IMG/VR virus record: IMGVR_UViG_3300042869_000287
Coordinates: 1-54,040 of that record
Reading direction: 5' to 3' (one strand)
DNA length: 54,040 bases
DNA from: a virus
Lineage: Duplodnaviria > Caudoviricetes
A model generated the notes under the pieces. It ran no database searches and was not told the origin of the DNA. It saw only the letters and a list, made by a program, of their open reading frames with translations. The translations under genes were made by a program, and so were the position numbers. Below are positions 18,569 to 29,200 of the stretch, piece by piece; positions within the stretch are counted from its first letter, which is position 1, and each line of letters begins with the position of its first letter.

Positions 18569-19900
18569 ATGACACCAGCGGATTTGAAGAAAGATGCCGG
18601 CAAAGGACCATACAAAGGAATGCCACGTAGTCAGGTTATGAAAAGAAAAATTGTTGATGGTAAAGATTTTACTCTCAACAGTGGTGCTAAGGTTAAAGCT
18701 ACAAACTGGGACGAAAGTACACTAACATTATTTGTAGGTACCCGTAAAATTTCACTGAAAGAAATTAAAAAAGATCCTGATTTTGGTGGAGGTGGATCTG
18801 GTGCCGGTGCTGATGTTACTGCAATTGTGGAATGTGGCCAAGCATTGGTTTGTTCATTAGTATACAATGTATTGAAACGACCAATTGAATGGGAAGATTT
18901 AAAATTAGATTTGCTTGAAAAAGCAATGAGCTTTTGTGATTTGTCTGATAGTTTGGATGCTATCATTGAGAAATCACCACCTGAATGGGTGCAGTCATAT
19001 GTTAAGTCAGCAAACATTCTTTATAAGAATTACAAGATGAGTGGTTCGCCTGTGTACTTTCACCGAGGTTCAAAGTTTATGAATGAAGTGTATAGTAGCA
19101 AGAAAATTGTTTATGATAATGATAAAAAATCAAAAAATCCACAAGCTCCAGGTTCTTTTTCCGATGACAAATGGAACCCAGGTGATATTTGGATGACAAC
19201 ATTAAGAATTGTTCCTAAAATTAATAGTGAATCTTGGGCAGCATTGAACAAAGATATTTATGACTTAGCACGTGCTAAGAAGTTGGTTGGTGTATCTTTG
19301 AAAAAAGTCGGTTCTTCCGCACATATTGAAGAATACAATGCATTAAGTGTCAAACAAACCAAAGATTATAATTATGGAGGTTTTCGTGTAACATCTGCAT
19401 CTGAACGTGGTGCATTGCCACCATTTTTTAATTCAATTGACTTATACATGACTGTTGGTGATAAAGAGATTCAATTCCGTGCCACATCAGGCGAAGCAAG
19501 CTGGCAAGGTGAGATTAAAGGTGCAACTGCTGCAGGTGGTAAAATCGGCGGCGGTAACGTAAATTTCTATTTGAAAAAGTATACTGGTAAAGGCGTATTT
19601 GATAGGGAAGAAAAAGAAGTAATTAATTTTACAAAGTCGAAAGATTTTTTTCCAGAATTTTATAAGTTATATGAAAAACATTTTACTGGCAAAGTTTTAT
19701 CCTATGAGGATTTTGTTATTAATGCAAAACTGAAACAAAAAGAATCAGCTGGTTATTTGTTTTCTAAATATATTAATATGAAATTTATTGACATATTTTT
19801 AAGTGCTAATGCTGCGACAAGAAATAAAATTGCGACCGACTTTTTAAGATATGCAGCATCCAATACCGACCAAAGTTCATTTTTCGTAAAGATATCCTAA
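18569..19900 (+). CDS. Putative PD-(D/E)xK-fold nuclease-like protein
   Basis: E..Q helix, DKWNPGDIW, GVSLKK. Confidence 0.5.
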   Translation: MTPADLKKDAGKGPYKGMPRSQVMKRKIVDGKDFTLNSGAKVKATNWDESTLTLFVGTRKISLKEIKKDPDFGGGGSGAGADVTAIVECGQALVCSLVYNVLKRPIEWEDLKLDLLEKAMSFCDLSDSLDAIIEKSPPEWVQSYVKSANILYKNYKMSGSPVYFHRGSKFMNEVYSSKKIVYDNDKKSKNPQAPGSFSDDKWNPGDIWMTTLRIVPKINSESWAALNKDIYDLARAKKLVGVSLKKVGSSAHIEEYNALSVKQTKDYNYGGFRVTSASERGALPPFFNSIDLYMTVGDKEIQFRATSGEASWQGEIKGATAAGGKIGGGNVNFYLKKYTGKGVFDREEKEVINFTKSKDFFPEFYKLYEKHFTGKVLSYEDFVINAKLKQKESAGYLFSKYINMKFIDIFLSANAATRNKIATDFLRYAASNTDQSSFFVKIS

Positions 19901-21132
19901 TGAAATTTTCAGAATTTATAACCGAATCAAAAAAAGAAGGTGCCAATCTTCACCTCGAGCACATTGAGGATGAGGTGTTGAATCGTGGTGTTGCCGGCAC
20001 ACGTGATGCAATTAACTTTCTGCAATCGTTACGTGATATGTTGGCAGGCAATTCGTCATCTAAAGTGAACGTCACAACAAAATGGGATGGTGCACCTGCA
20101 GTTTTCTGTGGTATCAATCCAGACAATGGCAAGTTCTTTGTTGGTACTAAAGGTGTCTTCAATGCAAACCCTAAGTTAAACTACACTGATGATGATATTG
20201 ATGTAAACCATCCAAGTGGTGGTTTGAATGCTAAACTTAAAGTTGCACTACGTTACCTGCCAAAACTAGGCATCAAAGGCGTTTTGCAAGGCGACATGAT
20301 GTTCTCTAAAGGTGATATCAATACACAAACGATTGATGGTGAAGAATACATTACGTTTCAACCGAATACGATTGTATATGCTGTACCATCAGATTCAAAA
20401 TTGGCCAGAGCAATGACTTCTGCACAGCTGGGTATTGTCTTTCACACTTCATACACAGGCAAAACATTCTCTGACATGAAGGCATCATTCAATATCGATA
20501 TCAATCACTTGACTTCAACTAAAGATGTTTGGTTCCGTGATGCATACTTTGTTGACGCATCTGGCACAGTCACATTCACAGAGCAAGAAACAAAGGTATT
20601 GACTTCACACCTGTCACTTGCAGGTGCAACATTCCAATCCATCAATGCACTAACACTTAATAGAATTGCCTCAAGTGAAGTAGTACTCACTTACATTAAG
20701 ACATTCAACAATACCAAAGTGCGTGAAGGTAAAGAGATTAGAGATACTACTGCACACACAAACGAATTGATCCGTTGGGTTGAGGCCAAGTTAAACAAAG
20801 ATATCTCTGATGCCAAGAAAGAAGAAACTAAACAGAAACGGATCAAAGAGAAGACTGAGATTATGCGTTTCTTCCGTGGTTCGGCAAGAGATTTAAAAAG
20901 TATTTTTGATTTGATGAACCATTTGGTGGCATCCAAGAATATGATTGTTAGTAAGTTACAACAAATGAAACAAGTAACAAATACATTCCTACGTACAGAT
21001 GATGGTTTCAAAGTCACTAATCCTGAGGGGTTTGTGGCCGTGGATAAATTGAAGGGTAATGCAGTTAAATTAATTGACCGATTAGAATTTGCTCATGCGA
21101 ACTTCAATGCCGCAAAGGCGTGGACTAAATAA
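19900..21132 (+). CDS. DUF6267-like ATP-dependent ligase-fold protein with internal-protein-like N-terminus
   Basis: HLEHIED, TTKWDGAPA (KxDG), QGD, PEGFV, VKLIDR; begins MKFSEFITE. Confidence 0.65.
   Translation: MKFSEFITESKKEGANLHLEHIEDEVLNRGVAGTRDAINFLQSLRDMLAGNSSSKVNVTTKWDGAPAVFCGINPDNGKFFVGTKGVFNANPKLNYTDDDIDVNHPSGGLNAKLKVALRYLPKLGIKGVLQGDMMFSKGDINTQTIDGEEYITFQPNTIVYAVPSDSKLARAMTSAQLGIVFHTSYTGKTFSDMKASFNIDINHLTSTKDVWFRDAYFVDASGTVTFTEQETKVLTSHLSLAGATFQSINALTLNRIASSEVVLTYIKTFNNTKVREGKEIRDTTAHTNELIRWVEAKLNKDISDAKKEETKQKRIKEKTEIMRFFRGSARDLKSIFDLMNHLVASKNMIVSKLQQMKQVTNTFLRTDDGFKVTNPEGFVAVDKLKGNAVKLIDRLEFAHANFNAAKAWTK
21124..21131 (+). promoter_or_regulatory. Late-type promoter variant ACTAAATA
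   Basis: TAAATA core directly before the first fibre gene. Confidence 0.55.
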
Positions 21133-21135
21133 GAT

Positions 21136-21708
21136 ATGACCACAAAAATAACACTAACTAATATCGATTCGACTGGTGACTATTCGGAACTGGTGGATGC
21201 AGCTTATAATACGGCCAATGCAGCTAGTTCTTATGCTAATTCGGCCTTTGCAGCTGCTAATAATTCCACAGACACTTGGGTTAGAAGTGCGGCCAATTCA
21301 GCTAGTTCATATGCCAACTCCGCTTACACTCAAGCGAACACCGGAACAACTAATGCTGCAACAGCAGACCAACGAGCAGTAACTTCTGGTGACTATGCTA
21401 ACTCAGCATACTCAACCGCAAATTCTGCTGGTGTATATGCCAATGCTGCATTTGCCAAGGCTAATACCGGTTCATCATCTGCTGGTATTACTTTTACTGC
21501 CAACTCTGGTGTTCCAACCACAGCCAACGTTGGTGACCAGTGGTGGTCAACTAATGATGACATACTTTACGAATATATAAATGATGGTACTTCAAACGTT
21601 TGGCTGGACATTTCATCTTCTGCCATAACAAGTACAGCTGTTGCATCTTCTTCATCTTCAACAAATAATGCAAGGTCTATGATTAATTCATATGTCTTTG
21701 GTTCTTAA
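21136..21708 (+). CDS. Fibre-associated protein with YANxAY/ANxA repeats
   Basis: Ala/Asn heptad-like repeats; GDQWW...LYEY..DG module. Confidence 0.65.
   Translation: MTTKITLTNIDSTGDYSELVDAAYNTANAASSYANSAFAAANNSTDTWVRSAANSASSYANSAYTQANTGTTNAATADQRAVTSGDYANSAYSTANSAGVYANAAFAKANTGSSSAGITFTANSGVPTTANVGDQWWSTNDDILYEYINDGTSNVWLDISSSAITSTAVASSSSSTNNARSMINSYVFGS
21307..21456 (+). repeat. Coding repeat shared with 23309-23458 and with several segments of 31166-33316
   Basis: Near-identical peptide YANSAYTQANTxTTNAATADQRAVTSGxYANxAYSTANSAGVYANAAF and visibly similar DNA. Confidence 0.85.
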
Positions 21709-21717
21709 GGAATAAAC

Positions 21718-22071
21718 ATGGCATTAAACCTAGCCAATACAGTAACGATAACTGCCAAGACGGCATTAGTCAACGTTACAACTGTTTCTGCAAACGTACT
21801 GAGTAACGCAACAAGCAGTGAACAGATTTACAAGATTAACACTATTATGTTTAATAACTATAGTTCTTCGGCTGCAAGTGCAAATGTGACAATCAATCGT
21901 AGTGCTGGTGATTTTTATGTTGCTAGACTTATAACGGTTCCTGCCAATTCAATACTAACAGTTATTGCCAAAGATAATGCAATTTACTTGGAAGAAGGTG
22001 ATACTCTGCAGGCTTATGTTTCTGCAAATTCAGCATTGCACTTAATTTCTGGTTACGAATTACTGAGTTAA
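21718..22071 (+). CDS. Small beta-rich fibre module protein (paralog 1)
   Basis: KINTI..N, ITVPANS.L.VI.K, YLEEGD; similar to 23715 and 25937. Confidence 0.7.
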   Translation: MALNLANTVTITAKTALVNVTTVSANVLSNATSSEQIYKINTIMFNNYSSSAASANVTINRSAGDFYVARLITVPANSILTVIAKDNAIYLEEGDTLQAYVSANSALHLISGYELLS

Positions 22072-22072
22072 T

Positions 22073-23071
22073 ATGAGAACAAGATCAAATTACGGTGTAA
22101 CTGGGACTGCAATAACATTGTCTGTAGCTAGTACTGGTGGTTTTTTTAATTCAGAAGATTTGCGTTTAGGTAAATTAAATGGTGTTTGGCCACTATTAGC
22201 TACACCTACAATAGAATATCTTGTGGTTGCCGGTGGCGGTGGCGGTGGCGGTGGTGGAGCCGGCAATAGCTACGCCGGTGCTGGTGGTGGCGCAGGTGGT
22301 TATAGAACCGCAACTGGACTTTCAGTATCGGCCGGTTCTCCTATAACAGTGACAGTAGGTGCAGGAGGCAACGGAGGCGCCGCAGCTGCAGGTGCAACAG
22401 GTATAGGTAGCAACGGCAGCAATTCAGTATTTGGTTCTATTACTTCTACAGGTGGCGGCGGCGGTGGTGGCGGCGCATCCTACGCTGCGAGTTATCCTGC
22501 AGGTCCAGGTAGTAATGGAGGTAGCGGTGGTGGTTCCACTAATAGTACAAGTTATGGTCTAGGAAATACACCATCAACTAGTCCATCACAAGGCAATAAC
22601 GGAGGAGCAGGTAGTCCTAATTTTGGTCCAGCGGCAGGAGGAGGTGGTGCTGGGGCAGTTGCTGTGAATGTTATTGCTAACGGACCAGGTACAGCAGGTG
22701 GAGCCGGTGTTCAAAATGGTATAAGTGGATCAAATACATATTATGCCGGCGGAGGTGGTGGTGGCGCATACTCTAGCGGTAGCGGAGGCGCCGGCGGAAT
22801 TGGCGGTGGTGGAAGTGGTGGCAGCATTGTTGCTGGAACTAATAATCCTGGCAACGCTGCCACAGTAAATACAGGAGGCGGCGGTGGAGGTTCTTCAGGT
22901 GATGGCGGTGGTGTTGCGGCCATTGGTGGTTCTGGTGGTTCCGGTATCGTAATCATTCGTTACTTAGATTCATATCCAGCTGCCTTATTCACAACTGGAT
23001 CACCAACATATACAGTCGCCGGTGGTTACAGAGTATACAAATGGACCAGTTCAGGTTCAATAACTTTCTAA
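22073..23071 (+). CDS. Glycine-rich tail fibre/adhesin-like protein
   Basis: EYLVVAGGGGG, GGSGIVIIRY, YRVYKWTSSGSITF. Confidence 0.75.
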   Translation: MRTRSNYGVTGTAITLSVASTGGFFNSEDLRLGKLNGVWPLLATPTIEYLVVAGGGGGGGGGAGNSYAGAGGGAGGYRTATGLSVSAGSPITVTVGAGGNGGAAAAGATGIGSNGSNSVFGSITSTGGGGGGGGASYAASYPAGPGSNGGSGGGSTNSTSYGLGNTPSTSPSQGNNGGAGSPNFGPAAGGGGAGAVAVNVIANGPGTAGGAGVQNGISGSNTYYAGGGGGGAYSSGSGGAGGIGGGGSGGSIVAGTNNPGNAATVNTGGGGGGSSGDGGGVAAIGGSGGSGIVIIRYLDSYPAALFTTGSPTYTVAGGYRVYKWTSSGSITF

Positions 23072-23080
23072 GAATAACAT

Positions 23081-23713
23081 ATGACTTTTCCAACAACACC
23101 AACAAACGGACAAACACTTTCTGTTAATGGTATTCTATACCAATACAGTACAACAAAGACTGCATGGACTGTTGTACCAAATACAGCATTCGCAATGACA
23201 ACAACTGGCGTTACTGTTGGAAGTTACACAAACACCAACATAACTGTTGATGCTCAAGGTCGTATTACAGTGGCAGCTAATGGTTCCAGTGGTGATCCTG
23301 CTGCTGGTTCATATGCTAACTCGGCTTACACTCAAGCAAATACCGCAACAACCAATGCTGCCACAGCCGATCAAAGAGCAGTAACTTCTGGTTCATATGC
23401 CAATGCAGCATACTCAACCGCAAACTCAGCTGGTGTATATGCCAATGCAGCCTTTGCAGCTGCCAATACCGGTGGTATTGATGCTTGGGTAAGAGATGCT
23501 GCCAATTCAGCTAGTTCATATGCCAATGCAGCATTTGCCACAGCTAACACTGGTGGTCCACCAACTGGTGTTACTGCTGGTTCTTACACATCAACAAATA
23601 TAACCGTAGATACTTATGGTAGAATAACTGCAGCTGCCAACGGATCATCCGGTGGTGGCGGTGGTGCTTCATCTGCTGCTTCTGTCGGTTACTCATTAAT
23701 ATTCGGAGGATAA
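23081..23713 (+). CDS. Fibre-associated protein with ANxA repeats
   Basis: MTFPTTPTNG start; duplicated GVTxGSYTxTNITVDxxGRIT motif. Confidence 0.65.
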   Translation: MTFPTTPTNGQTLSVNGILYQYSTTKTAWTVVPNTAFAMTTTGVTVGSYTNTNITVDAQGRITVAANGSSGDPAAGSYANSAYTQANTATTNAATADQRAVTSGSYANAAYSTANSAGVYANAAFAAANTGGIDAWVRDAANSASSYANAAFATANTGGPPTGVTAGSYTSTNITVDTYGRITAAANGSSGGGGGASSAASVGYSLIFGG

Positions 23714-23714
23714 T

Positions 23715-24086
23715 ATGGCAGCACCAAATTTAATCGGCGCAACAACAATCAATGGTAAAACAACGGGAGTGGACTTAACAACCACAAACGCAACAGTAAT
23801 ATTAAGCAATCCAGCAAGTTCAGGTAAGTGTCTCAAAATAAATACTTTGAATGTATCAAATTACACTGCAACAGCCACACTTATAACAATAGGATTCTAT
23901 TCTGCAGCTGCGCTTGGTGGAACACAATTTCGTATAGTAGGTAGTGTGACCGTTCCGGCAAATAGTACACTTAATGTAATTGATAAAACTAGTCAATATT
24001 ATTTAGAAGAAGATCAAAGTTTAGGTGCTACCGCCGGTACTGCTAATAGATTCAACATAACATGTAGTTATGAGGACATAAGTTAA
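23715..24086 (+). CDS. Small beta-rich fibre module protein (paralog 2)
   Basis: KINTLNVSN, VTVPANSTLNVIDK, YLEEDQ. Confidence 0.7.
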   Translation: MAAPNLIGATTINGKTTGVDLTTTNATVILSNPASSGKCLKINTLNVSNYTATATLITIGFYSAAALGGTQFRIVGSVTVPANSTLNVIDKTSQYYLEEDQSLGATAGTANRFNITCSYEDIS

Positions 24087-25300
24087 TGGTTAAACGATAT
24101 TTTGGTGGAATAATTTCCGCTACACAAAATTTAGCAACTGATCCATCTTCAGTTTCTGGATTTTTTAACGCAACAGAACAGGCTCAAACTGTACAGGCTG
24201 GACGGTGGCCATTAGGTGGTCTACCTCCTATTGATTATATTTTAATCGCCGGTGGCGGCGGTGGCGGTAGTCGAACAGGAGCTCTATATCTTGCCGGTGG
24301 CGGTGGTGGTGCAGGTGGGTATATTACTCAAACCAATCAGACCGTAGTTTCAGGCACCACTTATACTATAACCATAGGTGGTGGTGGCGCCAGCAGCAGA
24401 GCACGAGGTACCGATTCCTCTTTCTTTGGCCAATTAGCGTATGGTGGCGGTGGCGGCGGTAACGGTCATCCCAACAACGGCACTCAATCAGGACTCTCTG
24501 GAGGCTCCGGTGGCGGCAGCGGCACTAATATAAACACCCAAACTTTTTCTGCTGGCACTGCGAACAATGCCGGTGCTCAGGGCTTTGCCGGCGGCACTGG
24601 TCAACCCAGCGCTGGATCAACCGCTGGTACTGCAGGCGGCGGTGGAGGTGCTGGAGCAGTAGGTAATGATGGCTCCGCCGGTGACGGCACCAACGGTCCA
24701 GCTGGTGGCCAAGGTGAATCCACGATCATTTGCGGCGATTTTGGAGGAACTTGTTCCACAACTGCTAGTAGTAATACAATTACTATATCTGCAGTTACCA
24801 AAGGCAGGTTATTTGTGGGATCTCACGTGAGTGGATCATTTGGGTCTGGTATTATTCAAAGCTTTGGCACAGCCTCGGGCGGCACCGGAACATATGTTCT
24901 CACTGCTCCGGTAGCATCAAGTACTGCAGGCATCGCTGTAACTTCAACATATCGATATTTCTCAGGTGGTGGCGGTGCCGGCGGCAAACGAGCAGGTACA
25001 GGCCTTCGTGGCGGCGGTCCTGGAGGTATTGGAGGAGGAGGCAGGGGTGCGTATGGGTTTGGAGCCACTGCTGGTTCTGCTAGAACCGGAGGTGGCGGTG
25101 GTGGAGCAGATGCACCCTCCAGCGCATCGTCAGACTCGGTTTCTGGCGGCAACGGCGGATCAGGTATTCTATATATTCGACACCCAATATCTTATGGACA
25201 GGCAACGGTAACAGGATCTCCAGAGATGTATATTGTGGATAATTACCGAATATATGAATTCAGAAGCTCTGGTAGTATACAGTTTATCAACAACGCTTAA
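24086..25300 (+). CDS. Glycine-rich tail fibre/adhesin-like protein
   Basis: Paralog of 22073 (DYILIAGGGGG, GGSGILYIR, YRIYEFRSSGSI). Confidence 0.75.
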   Translation: MVKRYFGGIISATQNLATDPSSVSGFFNATEQAQTVQAGRWPLGGLPPIDYILIAGGGGGGSRTGALYLAGGGGGAGGYITQTNQTVVSGTTYTITIGGGGASSRARGTDSSFFGQLAYGGGGGGNGHPNNGTQSGLSGGSGGGSGTNINTQTFSAGTANNAGAQGFAGGTGQPSAGSTAGTAGGGGGAGAVGNDGSAGDGTNGPAGGQGESTIICGDFGGTCSTTASSNTITISAVTKGRLFVGSHVSGSFGSGIIQSFGTASGGTGTYVLTAPVASSTAGIAVTSTYRYFSGGGGAGGKRAGTGLRGGGPGGIGGGGRGAYGFGATAGSARTGGGGGGADAPSSASSDSVSGGNGGSGILYIRHPISYGQATVTGSPEMYIVDNYRIYEFRSSGSIQFINNA

Positions 25301-25333
25301 TAATTTTGAATAACATTTTAAGGAAAATTAACT

Positions 25334-25696
25334 ATGAGTCATTTCGCACAAATTGATGAAAACAACAATGTCACTCAAGTACTAGTTATTGAACAAGACG
25401 TAATCGATACTGGTCTATTTGGTGATCCAGCATCTTGGATTCAAACAAGTTACAATACACATGGTGGTGTTCACACTTTAGGTGGTACACCATTACGCAA
25501 AAACTATGCAGGTATCGGATACAAGTATGATGCTGGTCGTGATGCATTTTATGAACCAAAACCCTATGCATCATGGATTCTAAATGAAGACACTTGCTGG
25601 TGGGAAGCACCTACACCAATGCCAATGGAAGAAGGTAAGATTTTTGTGTGGGATGAAGATACAACATCTTGGGTTGAGTTTACACCACCAGCCTAA
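25334..25696 (+). CDS. Fibre-linked phage protein of unknown function
   Basis: MSHFAQID, WIQTSYN, LRKNYAGIG, W.AP.P.P...WDE. Confidence 0.65.
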   Translation: MSHFAQIDENNNVTQVLVIEQDVIDTGLFGDPASWIQTSYNTHGGVHTLGGTPLRKNYAGIGYKYDAGRDAFYEPKPYASWILNEDTCWWEAPTPMPMEEGKIFVWDEDTTSWVEFTPPA

Positions 25697-25708
25697 ATAT
25701 AACAATAA
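25692..25708 (+). promoter_or_regulatory. Late-type promoter CCTAAATA
   Basis: TAAATATAACAATAA is identical to 48418-48432. Confidence 0.6.
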
Positions 25709-25719
25709 AGAGAATATAG

Positions 25720-25935
25720 ATGCCTTTAACGAATATTAAACTGCCAAAGAAGACCAACACGCAAACCAATTCTTACACTGGTGCGTCTGGTGAAGTCACT
25801 ATTGATACCGACAAAAAAGTAATTGTCGTACATGATGGTTCGACTGCTGGTGGAATTCCATTGGCTCGTGAGTCTCAAGCAAACACAGCAATCTCGGATT
25901 TTAATCCTCTAGTATTTCTAACATCAGGAATGTAA
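25720..25935 (+). CDS. Mtd N-terminal-like fibre attachment domain protein
   Basis: YTGASGEVTIDTDKK.IVVHDG.TAGG.PLA. Confidence 0.65.
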   Translation: MPLTNIKLPKKTNTQTNSYTGASGEVTIDTDKKVIVVHDGSTAGGIPLARESQANTAISDFNPLVFLTSGM

Positions 25936-25936
25936 A

Positions 25937-26266
25937 ATGGCAACCACATTAAAAGTTTTGGGACAAGTTAATCCCGCATCGGCAACTGACACAACATTGT
26001 ACACGGTACCTTCTTCAACATCTGCCGTCATTAGCACAATCAACATTTGCAATCAAAGTGCCAATGGTGCTAACTTTAGAATTGCTGTTAGACCTGCCGG
26101 TGAAACAATTAACACCAAACATTATATTGCCTTCAACACAGAAGTTGCTTCAAACGATGCCATTAGTTTAACAATTGGTATGACTTTGGCTCAGACTGAT
26201 GTTATCACAGTTTATGCTAACACAGCGTCACTAAGTTTTAACGCATTTGGATCAGAAATTACATGA
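25937..26266 (+). CDS. Small beta-rich fibre module protein (paralog 3)
   Basis: TLYTVP, ISTINICN, TLAQTDVITVY, FGSEIT. Confidence 0.7.
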   Translation: MATTLKVLGQVNPASATDTTLYTVPSSTSAVISTINICNQSANGANFRIAVRPAGETINTKHYIAFNTEVASNDAISLTIGMTLAQTDVITVYANTASLSFNAFGSEIT

Positions 26267-29200
26267 GTTTAAAATCACTAAAAAACCAGACACTCAGAAA
26301 TAAATCAACAATCAATAGCGTTAACTTAACTGGTGGTGCTTCTACCGGTCCAGTTATCACATCGATTGTTGTTACTGATTCCAATTATAATAACTTAGAT
26401 GACACGGCACTACTACCGGCAGGTGGTTATGCAAAACTAATTGGTTCTGGTTTTGCAAGTGGTTGTTCTGCATACTTCAATGGTACATCTGTAACAACAA
26501 CATTCGTTAGTGCAACAGAAGTTCGTGTTGTTATTCCTGCGACCTCTGTTGGTACTTACAATGTGATGTTGTTTAACCCAAGTACTGCAGGTGCTATTTA
26601 TTTGAATCTTGGTATTTCTTCCGCACCAACATTTACAACAACTGCTGGTTCTTTAGGTACATCATACGAAACAACGGCAGTCAGTACATCTATTGCCGCA
26701 ACTGGTGATACTCCAATTACTTATGCCTTATACTCTGGTTCACTGCCAACGGGTGTGACACTGGCCTCAAACGGAACACTATCTGGAACATCTCCAGTAG
26801 AAGCATCAAGCACAACATACTCATTCATTGTGCAAGCAACCGATGCACAGTTACAAGACACCACACGTTCATTCAGCTTGACAATCAGTACTGACGTTGT
26901 TACTTGGAGTACTCCAGCGGCAGACTTTGCTTATACATTGATTGGTAATGAGGCAATGGCAAACGTTAGTTTATTAGCAACATCTGCGGCTGGTTATGGT
27001 GTAACTTATGCAGCCAACACACTGCCAACTGGTGTTTCACTCAGTGGCAATACGGTCTTTGGAACACCAACAACAGAACAAACAATTTATACTGCATTGA
27101 CAGCAACAGCCAACACAACTGGTCGCACAGCAACTCGTTATGTTTCTTGGTCTGTGGTACTTGGAGATGCTTTCTGGAAATACAATACGTTATTGATACC
27201 GGGAGCCAGCACAACATTTGTAGATGATGCTAGTACAAATAACTTTGCGGTAACTATTAATGGTGATACAAGGCCAAATAATTTTAGTCCGTATACAGCT
27301 GGATATTATAGCAACTTCTTTGATGGATCAGGTGATTGGTTAACTTTCCCAAATAATGCAGGTTACGAATTTGGTTCTGGTGCGTTTACTGTAGAACTTT
27401 GGGCATACATAACAGGGTCATCTGGTACTGTAGCTAATTATTCAAACGGTCAATCAAGTAATTCAAATTTTGCATGGGAATTATATCAAGTTTCTACAAC
27501 AGTAATGCAGTTTAGTGTATTTGAGGGAGCCACACAATATATCTCGTCATCGTCTGCATTCAAAACAAATTCTTGGAATCATATCGCATGTGTAAGAAGT
27601 GGCAATACACTCACAACTTATGTAAATGGAGTTGCAGGAGGAACAACAGCAAATATAACTGGAGTATCAATATCTGTACCGGCAAGTTCAACACTCAAAT
27701 TATGTTCATATGGTAACGGGTCATCATATTTAACTGGATATATTAGTAATTTTAGAGTTGTTAAAGGAACAGCAGTCTACACGGCAGCATTTACTCCAAG
27801 TACGACACCATTAACCGCAATATCAAACACAAGTTTATTAACCTGCCAATCTAATCGTTTTATAGATAACAGTACAAACAACTTTACTATAACAGTTACA
27901 GGTAATACATTAATAAGTTCATTCGACCCATTTGTTCCAAACACTAGTTATAGTACATATGGTAGTGGATACTTTGATGGTACTGGGGATTATTTAAGTA
28001 TTCCAAGCAATGCAGCCTTGCAATTACCCACCGGTGACTTTACAATAGAAGCATGGATTTATTTAACCGGTGCTTTGGGTAGTTATTATTTTATTTTTAC
28101 CCAAACCGGTTCTACCAACGCCACCTCTAATTGGGATTTCACAGTTAACGGAAATGCTTCTGGGCAGTTGCGATTTGAAGCGTTTTCAGGAGGTACACAA
28201 ATAATTAATTTAATTGGAACATCATCTGTTCCTGTTAATGCATGGACGCACGTTGCAGTTACACGTTCAGGAAGTACATATACTATATGGATGAACGGTA
28301 TTAGTCAAGGTACTGCCTCATCTGCTAGCACTGTAAACACAAATGCGCTTACAACATACATTGGACAAAATTTTAATAATACTTATTATTTTCCCGGCTA
28401 CATAACTGATGCTCGTTTAGTTAAAGGTACCGCAGTTTACACCACAACATTCACTCCACCATCAGCACCATTAACCGCAATAGCAAATACAAGTTTATTA
28501 ACATTACAAAACAATCAACCAGTAAACAATAATATATTCTTAGATAATAGCACAAACAACTCTCTAATAACTCGCAGCGGTAATACTACTCAAGGTACAT
28601 TTAGTCCTTATGGTGATAATTGGAGTAACTACTTTACTGGTGCGTCTACTTCTTATATACAAACACCTGCAGGTTCAACTACTGCTATATTAGGTACCGC
28701 TGGTGGTGGTATAACACCTACAGCTACTTTTACAATTGAATGCTGGATTTATCAAATACAAAGACAGACAGCACTGACTACCCCTGTTTTAATAGGTGAT
28801 CAAGGTGTTAACGGTAGTTTATATTGGACGTTTGGTCCAGATAGCTCAGGTAAATTAGCTTTTTATCACTATACTGGTTCACAAGTATTGGCAACAGGTA
28901 ATGATACTATTCCATTAAATACTTGGACACATATTGCTATGTCTATAAATTCAGGTGCAATTAAATTGTTTGTTAATGGCACTCTACAAACAATTACAGG
29001 AGCAACTACTACAGGAACGCAATCTGGTACATTTGGATATTTGTTAACAGGTGGATTTTATAATTTTACTAGCACACACGCATACATCGGTAATCTTAGT
29101 AATTTAAGAATAGTTAAATCTGCACTCTATTCTACAACATTTACTCCTTCGACAACACCATTAACACCAATTACTAATACTGGATTGTTAATGTGCCAAT

